Under the pieces are notes generated by a model, which was not told the origin of the DNA, did not search any database, and saw only the letters and a list, made by a program, of their open reading frames with translations. This document shows, one piece after another, positions 1 through 10,724 of a DNA stretch of 64,000 nucleotides. Location: contig KZ538114.1 of the NCBI GenBank assembly GCA_000934665.2, positions 1 through 64,000 on the forward strand. The letters run 5' to 3'. Position 1 is the stretch's first letter. Each line of letters starts with the position of its first letter. The translations under genes and the position numbers were made by a program. The DNA is from Catajapyx aquilonaris (Eukaryota).

Positions 1-385
1 TATAAAGGTATAAGGTGTAGAAGGTGTGGCATAATGTGGTCTACGTAGGTTTGTGTCATGCAGTTTTCAATCTTTTTTGCATTTGTTTGTTTTTTCATTT
101 TCTAACGTTTAGACCTTCACATTCTCAACACCCCACCGACTTTAACATGGGCGTAAAAACATAGCAGCATTGGCAGAAGCACATTGGATACACACAGAGT
201 TCGGCTAAGGGTGAGGGACCAAGAGACTGAGGAAGAACACCAAGCACGTCTCCACTCTATGAGAAACAGGGGCCATCAGTCGGACATTAGCTCCATTTTC
301 ATCAACCCACCTCCTACATGCCGCTTTCCACTACTCAGCAGACATTGACAATAATTCTTCTGTCGGTGTTGTTGCCATTGGATCT

Positions 386-1050
386 ATGCCAGAGGGATGC
401 CACCATTGTCAGGCAAAGAAGTGGAAGGGTGAAACAAAAACGATCTGTTGCTCCATTGGAAAGGTTAGCCTTCCTCTACCGGCTGAGCCCCCACAGCTAC
501 TTAAAATGCTCCTCTCAGGTACATCGTCTGATTCAAAACATTTCCTGAAGACCTTCAGAAATTACAATTTGGCCTTCCAGATGACATCTTTTGGGGCCAA
601 CGTTGTTAGAGAAGGGGGCTTCATGCCTACATTCAAAGTGCAAGGGCAAATTTACCATCGCATGGGATCACTCCTTCCTTCAGAAAAGGAGAGTCCGCGG
701 TTTCTGCAAATTTACTTCGTGGGGAACATGCAACAGAAGGCGGAATACCGTTGCACCTACGTAAATGGCACATGCCTCCACATCATACTGCAACTTCAGG
801 AGATGATCCATTCCACTCACACTTACGTCAAAAGCTTCAAGCTTGCACTTTAGAGTCCTCCTCCTCTCGAATTTGACGTGGTCATAGATATACAGACAAG
901 CGATCACAAGGCAAGCATCGTCGCGATTCAATCAACCTTCTTGCAATGAGATTGCTCCATGTCACTGGTATGCCATAATTATTGCAAATCAATGAGTCAC
1001 TCCTATGGAAAAGTATTTCATAACCCGAGCAACGCCGGGTATCCTGCTAG
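386..1050 (+). mobile_element. Internally deleted Helitron: RepHel N-terminal zinc-finger region joined to an intact 3' terminus; 5' boundary not determined
   Basis: ORF 386-853 has CHHCQAKKWKGE..CCSIGKV, RNYNLAFQMTSFG, FKVQGQIYHRMGSLLP and PRFLQIYF, typical of Helitron RepHel N-termini. After TAG it continues with frameshifts as DKRSQGKHR-RFNQPSCNEIA (~895-957). Hairpin ACCCGAGCAACGCCGGGT at 1023-1040, then CTAG at 1047-1050 followed by T. Confidence 0.9.
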
Positions 1051-1108
1051 TTACTAATAATTATACACGAATTCATAACTAATAATTAACTAATAGCTAA
1101 TAACTAAT

Positions 1109-1724
1109 CATCATCATCATCATTTACTTCAAGGCAAAATAATCCCATAGAGGGGTAGCCAGCGGAGTACAGGTTGCCCCTGTCCCCCTCGTATGACCTA
1201 CAAAATGACACTCTGGTGGATGGTCAGGCCACGCAGAGGGTTAATGAAAGGGATGAATATGATATAAATGATATGAACACATATACACAAAACGTACACT
1301 CATACAATGTAAACAACTAGTGAGCAGCTGAACGCAGGCGACGGTGTATTGGCCATGATGGAGCAGGAACACCCAGAACTTGCGACTGTTCAGACGGGCA
1401 GCTGGTCACTGACTGGAGTGTTGACAGGGGCGACGTAAACAACCAATCCCCCAGGCAGACTCTATCTCACCGGGCGGTGTTGTTGACAGCAGTCTCCCAG
1501 GCGACGGTGTATTGGCCATGATGGAGCAGGAACACCCAGAACTTGCGACTGTTCAGACGGGCAGCTGGTCACTGCAAGGGTCACTGACTGGAGTGTTGAC
1601 AGGGGCGACCGGCGTAAACAACCAATCCCCCAGGCAGACTCTATCTCACCGGGCGGTGTTGTTGACAGCAGTCTCCCAGGCGACGGTGTATTGGCCATGA
1701 TGGAGCAGGAACACCCAGAACTGA
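1109..1724 (-). mobile_element. Putative non-autonomous non-LTR retroposon with (ATG)n tail and tandem 5' monomers
   Basis: Flanked by direct repeat TAATAACTAAT (1098-1108, 1725-1735). (CAT)n at 1109-1123 would be the 3' tail on the minus strand. The minus-strand 5' end starts TCAGTT. No convincing ORF. Confidence 0.55.
1335..1722. repeat. Tandem repeat, ~2.3 copies of a 163-179 bp unit
   Basis: Units start CAGGCGACGGTGTATTGGCC at 1335, 1498 and 1677. Copy 1 lacks 12 bp and 4 bp relative to copy 2 and is otherwise identical. Confidence 0.95.
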
Positions 1725-1785
1725 TAATAACTAATAACATGCTGTATTTCAGAAATAACAAATAACTCATCATTAACTAATAATT

Positions 1786-2117
1786 GAGGGGCCCTCTGCA
1801 ATAACAGGGTAAGAGGCATTACTCTAACCCAGGGTCCCCTACATGGTTGCCTCCCCCACCCTAACCAGGGTATTGTCTTCACGTAGTCCTTATGCAATCT
1901 AGCTCCAATATGGCCGCCCCATGCTGCAGGATAGGGAATTGGCAAGCATTTTTTTTTGTTTTTTTCAATTGTTTTTTTTTTCACTGCATGTAGCTCCTAT
2001 GTGAATTAGCTCCAATATGGCGGAGACGAGACAATACCCTGTCTAGGTGGGGGAGGCACTCATGTAGGTGACCCTGCTCTAACCCACCTCTTACCCTGTT
2101 ATTGCACAGGGCCCCTC
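1786..2117. mobile_element. MITE with ~100-bp imperfect TIRs, Sola-like (GAG termini, AATT flanks)
   Basis: Left GAGGGGCCCTCTGCAATAACAGGGTAAGAGG matches the reverse complement of the right end with 1 mismatch; inner arms also pair. AATT at 1782-1785 and 2118-2121; the TSD boundary is ambiguous because AATT is palindromic. Confidence 0.8.
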
Positions 2118-2596
2118 AATTATACATGTAATTCATAACAGAATAATAGCAATCGAACACCAACCATCAACCAAATTGTGAGCACTGTTAACAATAATGT
2201 AAACTAAATAATAGCGATAATAGCAATTCGGACACCAACCAGATAATGAATTCTGAGAACAATGCAACGAAAAAAAAGCAATCGAAGACACTATAAATGG
2301 CGAAATATGTGCACAGCGCTATGAAAATATAGCAACAGAATACAAACAAATGGTCAATAACCTAAACAAAATAATATCAGTGGAACACCAACCTAACAAT
2401 AGGGAATGTTGTTAACAAAATACAATGGAACAACAACCAAAGCGGCCAGAAGAAGTGAGGGGGCAATAAGGAACCGGAGGGGTGAAGGAAGAGTGTATGG
2501 GGGTGTCTGTTGACAGCTGACCTCACAGTTAGTTATTCCCAAACCCCAAAATGGCCAATCTGGGCTGGGTGGCTGTGCCAGCAAGCAGGCAGCTAA

Positions 2597-2945
2597 AGGC
2601 TCATTCACACGAGCGACCCTTGGCCAGGAATTCCTGGCCAATACGGAAACGTGGCCAGCGGCTGGCCAGGAATCGAAAGTAACAGTTCACACGAGCGACG
2701 TTGTTGGGGGACAAGTGAGCATCGGGAGGCGCTTGGGAGTGCCGCTACTGCGCATGCGTTACTCCTGGCAACCTTCGCTGGCCATGGCTAGCCATCTTCC
2801 GGAGCATGGCCAGCTCAGCCACCTTTTCCTGGCTCGGGTGGCGACCTTCCCTTCCTGGCCGAACCTGGCCGCTAGCGTGTGAACGGGCTTGGCGACCTTT
2901 GGCGAGGAAACTTCCTGTCCGAAGGTCGCTCGTGTGAATGCGCCT
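2597..2945. mobile_element. PIF/Harbinger-type (Tourist-like) MITE
   Basis: TIR AGGC(T/G)CATTCACACGAGCGACC at both ends; TAA TSD at 2594-2596 and 2946-2948; internal TGGCCA-rich subrepeats. Confidence 0.85.
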
Positions 2946-2948
2946 TAA

Positions 2949-3499
2949 GAGGTCACTGGAGAACTTACGGCCCACCACCACGTCACAGTGGAGATACCAT
3001 GCACGACAGTGTTTTCGTACCTCGCGCCTGTGAAATTTGAAAGTGGTACCCATCCTCTCCATCCATGCACACAGATTATTCGAGAAAATATTTATTTGAA
3101 GTGTGCATATTGTATCACAATGACGAAGGTTGTCACATTACAGAAATTGGTATCGCACCTATAAAAAATATATACCGGGTTTTGACACTACGTAATTTTA
3201 TACCATGTCTTTCCGTGTGAAATAAATAATATAAATAAAATATTAAAATGGGTTTTGAGAAAATTTTTGAAATATGCATGTTTTCCCTTGTTGCCATATT
3301 TTCACCTCGCAATATCTCAACTACACGCGGAGCTAACGAAGGTTTTATTTCATAACTTGTAGGGGGTCACCGAGTATATCACAAAATATAATCAGCACAA
3401 CCTTCACGTTTACCATGACGGTGTATTAAATTGCGAAATATGCGCAATTTGGACCAAAATATTCAAGATTGGAGATTTTTTTTGAAGGTGACTATACCA
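2949..3499. mobile_element. Possible TTAA-bounded non-autonomous element remnant
   Basis: Bounded by TTAA at 2945-2948 and 3500-3503. The ends match only weakly, so the family is not assignable. Confidence 0.25.
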
Positions 3500-4009
3500 T
3501 TAAATAAGGTAAATTTATGCATTACATAACAGTGCGTTATTCCAAAAGCATGCGTTTAAAATTTCATATTGGCTTTCAGAACGGTTCCCGAACCGGTACT
3601 CGACAGGTACTCGACGGTACTGTATATTTCCAACCGTTCGTTAAACATTTCCTCCGCTTGTGGAAATGCCTGACGTCACCACCGCCTCTCTTGAGGAGAC
3701 TAGTTCTGAACGCACCCTCTTCCCATTCTGTTCTTCTTTTTTTCCTTTACCATCCTAAAGAGGAAGTCTCCTCCGTGTCTGCCCCCGGTTTGCGGACACT
3801 CCTAGGTAAGTACGTACCCGGTACATCGCCAGTGCCCTCGGTCTGACAGGCCGGGACGCACAGAAACAGGCGGAACACATGGCAGGACCTGATACCCTTA
3901 TTTGGCTGCATTGGAGGGCATTGACCATCAGGGGGGCAATACCCTTGTACTGTATGGAGATACTCTCATTACGTTCCATGTCGCAGGACAGCCCTGAACA
4001 CATTAAAAG

Positions 4010-7000
4010 ATGGAGGGGATACCACCTGATGTGGCAGAAGCATGCTCGCAGCTGCAGTCCGCTGTGTCCATGGCGATGGACCCGCATGTTCCGCAGCCGC
4101 AACGACTGGAGGCGTACAATCTCTGCGAGCACTTCAAGGAGATGTCTCCATTGTGCGCCCAATGCGGACTTTGCTTGGCTCGAACCGACAACCAGCCCAT
4201 TATACGCCATTTTGGTCTGCAGCTGTTGGAGCATTGCATCAAGTACAGGTGGAATGCAATGACCCAGGCGGAAAAGGTCTTTTTGAGGGACTCGGCCATG
4301 GGGCTGCTGAGCTCGGGGACGCAGCACCTCCTGGTCGAGCCCTCCCACATCAAGGACGTTCTTTCCCGCATTGTGGTTGAGATGGCCAAGAGGGAGTGGC
4401 CGCAGCATTGGCCCAGCCTCCTAGCCGACCTGGAGGAGATGTGCAGGAAGGGGGAAACACAGACGGAGTTGGTCCTACTGGTTTTCTTGCGACTGGCTGA
4501 GGATGTTGCCCTGCTGCAGACTCTGGAGTCCAATCAGCGACGGAAGGACATTTACCAAGTATGCTCAAATATGTACATAGGTACAGCAGGTCTTAACAAC
4601 TAACCTTCTGCATTGTCTAGGCTTTGACCTCCAAGATGGGCGAGATATTTGGCCTGTTTGTACAACTCCTCCAGACTCACCACTACCAGTACCAGCAAGG
4701 TGGCGAAAATGCCCTGGCTCATTGTCACGTGGCTGCTGCCACCCTGCAGACCCTGGCAGTGTTCATCGAGTGGGTGCCCATCTCTCATGTGACAGCTAAC
4801 AATGGGAAGTTGCTGCAGATACTGTGTGGGTTATTGCGTGATGCCCACTTGCAGAATGCGGCAGCAGAATGCCTGCAGCAAGCTGTCCAACGGAAGGGGA
4901 AAGGTGAAGAGCGGCGTCCGCTCCTGGGGCTATTCAACCAGGATGTGATGACGGCCATCTTCGTAGCAGCGGCTGAGGCAGCTGCTAAGCGGCCTATAGA
5001 AGAGCAGCACTACCTGTTCCTTAAGAGGCTAACACAAGTCCTGACAGGGTTGGGGGCACAACTCAGTGCCCTTTGGGGGAAGGATGAAGGAATAGGTCAA
5101 CCTTCCAACTTTGCAGTTTACTTGGAAGCTATGCTGGCCTTCACTGAACATTCCAGCCTGCAGTTGGCTAGCATTGCCAATGGGCTTTGGATGACCTTTT
5201 TTAGGCATGAATTAATATCTCAGGTTAGTCAACACTGTTCACTGAGTTAAGTGTCGTGTCTAGCAATTAGTGCAGGGATTACAGCCTGATTTTTGAACTC
5301 CAAACTTTGAATGGTGATAAATCGTAATCACAGGATGGAGTCTGCCCATTGGTTGACTAATTACCAGTCGTGATCAACATAACGTTGGCTACTTGATTAT
5401 GTGGAAAGACCTGTGGTAACAAGTTAGTTGACTACAGACCATGCCATTTTCCCTGAGTATCATAGGTAATGCAAGGACCTGTATAATTAGATTGTTAAGC
5501 ATGCGTGTAGTCTCCATGCTACTTTACATATGTGGTAGTGGATTTGAACACATGCAAGATTAAAAGTTTGTCTTTGCTGTGCATAGTTTAACTCCTCTGA
5601 ACGTACTTGTACTCTTGGATTGCTATGCACAAGTAACATGTTTATATGGCACATACTGCATTTCCATGTACCATCATACGCAAAAAGACAGCTGGTGGCA
5701 GGTTTAGTTTTGAATTATACGAGTAGAGACCACTGCAGTCAGTACAACTGGTTTTCAGGTGTGACTTAGGTACTCGCAACCACTCTCTCCCGAATTCCAA
5801 GGAACTCTAAACCATCCTGCGACCAGTCATCATCATTGTTTTGCTTGTGATGGTACATTACTTGGGAATCAACTCACTTAGTTCTCTCTTTATGGCTAGG
5901 ACCCAGTCCTGCAGAACTTCATCCCCAAGTGGGTCGAGAGCACTGCCCGCAAATTGGTGAAGGTGGGATCCCCTTCCCAGTCGGACTCAGAGGCTTGCCA
6001 ATATTCCCGCTTAGACTTTGAGTCTGACGAAGAGTTCTCCCAGTTTTTCCATAAGACCCGAACGGACATCCTGGATACCTTCCGCCAGGTCACACTGTTG
6101 GCCCCAACCATTACATATAGCTATGCAGAGCGATGGTTGCTGGCCCAGCTTCAGGAGAGTGGCACAGAGCACCCTGCGTCGTGGTACCATGAGTGGGATG
6201 CCCTGTCCATGTTCTTGGACAGTGTGACTAGCCGTATCCTGGCAAGTAACCGGCCCAAGCCTAGTGTGGATCAAGGCTTGGCCACTCTGCGCCAATGCTT
6301 GGAGTACCAGACTTCAGATCCAGTGGCTCTTTCCTCTCTGCTGTCCTGCATCTCTGCTCTATTCGTTTTCTTGACCATGGCTCCCGACAACTCTGCCTTG
6401 GGACCGGTGCTGGATAAGGTGTTTGGCGCCCTGGTCTTCTCCATCCCAGGCCAGGCCACTAAGGAAAGCAGAAGTAGGGTGGTGCGTAATGTGAGACGTC
6501 ACGCAGCATCTCTGATGGTAAAGACGGCACAGAAGTATCCCCTCCTCCTGCTTCCTGCATTTGACCGCCTGCAGACCACAGTCGCACAACTGACAGCTGA
6601 TCCCCACCAGCTATCCAAGCTGGAGAAGGTCACATTGCAAGAAGCTTTGCTGCTTGTTAGCAACCATTTTTATGACTATGCAAGGCAGACTGAATTTGTT
6701 GCAACTGTTGTTGCACTGGCAGCACCGTACTGGGAAGCCACATCAGTCCACTTCAGCAGCGCCAGTGCATTCATGACTTTCGTTGGACTAGACGCCCCTC
6801 CTGTGGAACCATCCACTGATGATGTTAACGGACGGAGCCGCTCACAGGTATGAATCATTATTCTTGAAGTAATTAATTCACTTTCAAAAATTGAAAAGGG
6901 TTATTATCAAGTCCATTAACATTAATTTATCCCTCTGTGGCCTGTACATCAAGTTATTTTCTTTTTGTTGGTATTCCACTGTACAATGCCTTTCTATGTT

Positions 7001-8892
7001 AAAAATTGATTCAATGCAGTAACCAGTGGTCTTTTTTTCCCCCCATTGCAGCTCCTATTCTGCTTCGATCTGTTCTTAGCAGTGGTGAAGCGATGTGCAT
7101 GGCCAGACGATCCTGAGCGAGCATCCCGTGGTGGATTTGTTGTGGGTCGTACTGAATCAGGAAACCCCGTGTGCCGCAACCCTGCTGCCCCCCACATCTG
7201 TCCCCTCCTCCCACAGGTACTACAACTGGCTGGTGTCTTCAACCAACTTTGGACTCCCCAGGCCGTCTCTCATCTCTCAGCGGGATACTCGCGGTCACAT
7301 GCTATGCTTGACATTGAGCGAGACAACCTCTTGGGCAGACCCTCAGTTCAAAGTGGCAATGTCGCCACCACCCCACCTTCGCCCGAAGGACACACACGAC
7401 TACAGACTCCTCTGGAGCGCATGCAGCACTTCCTTAGTCAGCTACACGACAATTGTTATCACCTACTGGGCAATGCAGGGTCGTCGTTGGGACGTGACTT
7501 CTACCGCATGCCCCGTCTGCCATCCATGCTTGCTGAGACTGTCCTGGCAAACCTGGACACTGTGCCCGACTATCGGCTCCGGACAGTTGTGCGTGTATTC
7601 GTCCGTCCATTTGTTGCTGCATGTCCGCAGGATTGTCAGCAAGAGGCTGTCATGCCTGTGCTGGCTGCATTGTGCCCTTACATGTTGGCCCGGCTCGATG
7701 CCAAGTGGACAGCCATGCAGGTATAATTACTGCAAATAATAATAATGATATTTAGATTCAAGGTATCTTTATGCTGTAGGTGAATTTGAAGATCAGGATT
7801 AATATTGAAGTAGTCCAATAAACCAAATAACAATCTGACGACACATTCAGCTCCATCTGGCTCTTCTCTCCCATCGTGTCCCCCTAATCTCTCTGCAAGC
7901 GTACTACTGCGCATGCTCAGAAAACACGACTGGTGTGACGTCAGATTGTTCTTTCGCGTAAAGGACTGGAGTGTGAAGTTTACATTTTTTTAAAAATAGT
8001 GCATGACTTTACAGGAGCTGTGTGAGCCTGTGGCAGATGAAGATGATGCCCAGGAAGTGTTGGAGGACATGCTGAACAGACATCTGACTCGTGAATACCT
8101 TGAGGTGTTGCGAGCTGTCCTGCTTGGAGGTGGAGTTGGTGGAGGGGATGATGCCATGGAGGATGACACTGTGAAGGGGGGGCACGTTCTGGAGGTGGTG
8201 TCCGACATGGGCCAAGCAGCACTCCGATCAGAGGCCAGCTGTCAAGCTATCACTTTGTGCATCCTGAGGGCTCTGTCATGGCATGACACAACTGCCTGCT
8301 TGAAAGCGGCCGCCCTGTGTGGCCCTGTCGTGCGGCAGCTGTGCCAAGACGGCAGCTTGACTCCTGAGATTGCATCTCATGCGATGCTGAGTGTGCTGCA
8401 GGGCCTGCATGTACACGGACAGCATGAGGCTAATCAGGGGGCGTTGGTCTCTCTTGGGGCACATATGTACGAGTGCTTGCGCCAGGCCTTCCCGTGCGTG
8501 CTGGATGTGCTGAAGCGCATACCAGACTGCAATCTAGGAGAGTTGCATAAGCTGGATGAGAAAGTTGTGCAGGGGAGTGGAGGAGGAGGCTCCAATTCCA
8601 AGATGGAAAAGGCCAAGAAAGATCTATTCAAGAGAGTTACTTCACAGGTGTGTCTTTTATGAAAATGCTGCCTTTATAAGACATCATCAAGTTTATGACA
8701 TTACCCTTTCAGTTGGTGGGTCGCAACGTGGGCCAGCTGTTCAAGAAAGAAGTCCACATCCGCAATCTTCCCCCAATGCAGCTGGGTCACAGGCCGAAAC
8801 AAATACCATTACTGGACCAGGGTCAGTCTGGACCTGGATCGAGGGATGGAGGTGCAGACTCTATTGGACTTCAGGCGCTTTTTCAGGAGTGA
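4010..8892 (+). CDS. XPO5: Exportin-5 (Ran-binding protein 21), ~1193 aa
   Basis: Exons 4010-4558, 4621-5223, 5900-6847, 7052-7720, 8015-8647, 8713-8892; all introns GT-AG and in frame. Motifs RHFGLQLLEHCIKYRWN, VEMAKREWPQHWP, YSRLDFESDEEF, VRRHAASLMVK, PDYRLR, HGQHEANQ, GQLFKKEVHIRNLPP. Probable 5'UTR intron 3806-3986. Confidence 0.95.
7811..7968. mobile_element. Degenerate MITE in XPO5 intron (YAGTCC termini, possibly Academ-like)
   Basis: Left TAGTCCAATAAACCAAATAACAATCTGACGACACA vs reverse complement of right end CAGTCCTTTACGCGAAAGAACAATCTGACGTCACA. Confidence 0.55.
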
Positions 8893-10724
8893 GGGAAGTC
8901 CAGGTGTGATCAGTCCACAGGCAGTGTCATATGAAATTTTGAGGCTGTGATTTTTTGCACATGGTTTTTGCCCTTGTTACAATGGAAATTAATAGATCTC
9001 AAAAAACATTTTGACTGACAGCCAATTTCATACCATTTGTAATGCTAAGTTTAGTTAACTTGCACTAATGATGTGCATGACAAGAACGGTACTAGCAGTT
9101 ATATTTTGGTGTGTTATGGTAGCTCCATATTTATTACGTTAGTCGGATAGCTTCCAAATAGTGCCCAATTCTGTACCATTTGTAGGTTAACCATGTCATT
9201 AAAACGTGATAAGCTTTTAACAATGCCGACAAGGTGTGTATGATGTTGGATTACTGCAATGTGCATACTTCGTTGGATGTGTGTTCAGCGATGTGCGTAA
9301 TATACTAACTGGCTGATAGAAACTTCCTTCATAAGTGGCTGGGATCATTCTTCTTATAATGTGAGTCGGAATGTCAGCTGCTGGAAGGAACAGTCTATTT
9401 TGGTGCATAAAGTGGTAGGTAAGCCTGCCGTTGTGTGTTACTATTAATGCGTATGAGTTCTAGGAAGTGACGTAAAAGTTATGCAGCGTTATTGTATTTG
9501 CACTTTTAGATGAATATTGACGCATTTATCTCAGGCATACATGCACTAACTTGATCATACACAAACAAGTTGGAAATAAATTGATTGAGTCACTCTTACC
9601 AAGTGGCCATATACATTCAGTCTAGGAAAACATTTATAAACCTGCCTGAATTTGAAACTGCTCAAACAGGCTGTGAAAAAAAATCAAACGATTTACCGCT
9701 ATGCAACTCACTTCCGCTGGGTAGGAAGGTGTGCGAGTGAAAGGAGGGAGCCACAAAGTGCACTAAGGACCAGCTGCATGAACGCAAAGCAAAAATGTGT
9801 TGATCCCATGTTGTTCACAGTGGATTAATTAATTGTTCAGGGTTTACCATCATTTATGCAGCTCAGGCAAATATCCATCAGGGCATTTATCACACCATGT
9901 AGCAGCCATGTATACTTCCTCCTTCACGTTACCATATAACCTGGGCGCAGTAGAGCAGTAGTGCCATCAGCAGGGGTACCAGTGTAATATCTCAAGTAAA
10001 GGCGTACTCTTTTGCTTTTCCATTTCTTCTGGTCATGTATTCTGGTTGTGTCCTGAAACATTAAATCGATGGGTCAGTAATATTGTAACGTAATACAGCG
10101 GAATCCACTTGATTACAAATGGCATTCTCCAGATATTTGTCATGTACAGCATTACCAAAACCCACATTCACACGACTCATCTAGGGCTCTTCCGCCTCAT
10201 GTTTTGCATAATATTTGGTGGTTAATGGGGTCATGCAGTTATGTGGATTCTGCTGTATAATAATAACAGACGTGCAGCTTCTCAGCTTAGGTCCTGTAAC
10301 GATTTTCCATCTGGAAAAGAGCAGGAAGAGTTTGTTATTAATTGTTGTCAACTGTTGGTTGATCGGAGGTGGAAGACTTGCTAAGCAACAGCACCATCAT
10401 TGCCACCCTGGCACAATAAATCAGCAGTGCCGACAGAGGTCATATTGTGTCTGCCAGGCACTCAAATGCATATGGTACAGATTGGGATGCTTTTTTGGGC
10501 AACATCTCTTGTTTTAGGGACAACATTCCCATGGGATACCATAGCTTCTTTCCACTGTGTCATTGTTGGACCGTAGCGTTCAATTGTTCGACTTGCAATA
10601 AATAAGTTGTTTACACTTCCATGTGTCAATTTTTGGAGTTGGATTTCCTATCAAGGAAGGAAGGGTAGATAGATATTCTGTACATCACTTCCACTGGTGT
10701 GGCAGTCGGACTAAATCATTTGGT

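Noticed and set aside
3755..4533. Long antisense ORFs (217 and 176 aa), and similar ones at 23962-24651 and 49051-49833
   Set aside because: Shadows of real coding exons on the other strand with no recognisable motifs.
9850..10520. Minus-strand acceptor-like sites and short open frames between XPO5 and TTC29-like
   Set aside because: No coherent exon chain or recognisable protein; cannot be told apart from UTR or intergenic sequence.
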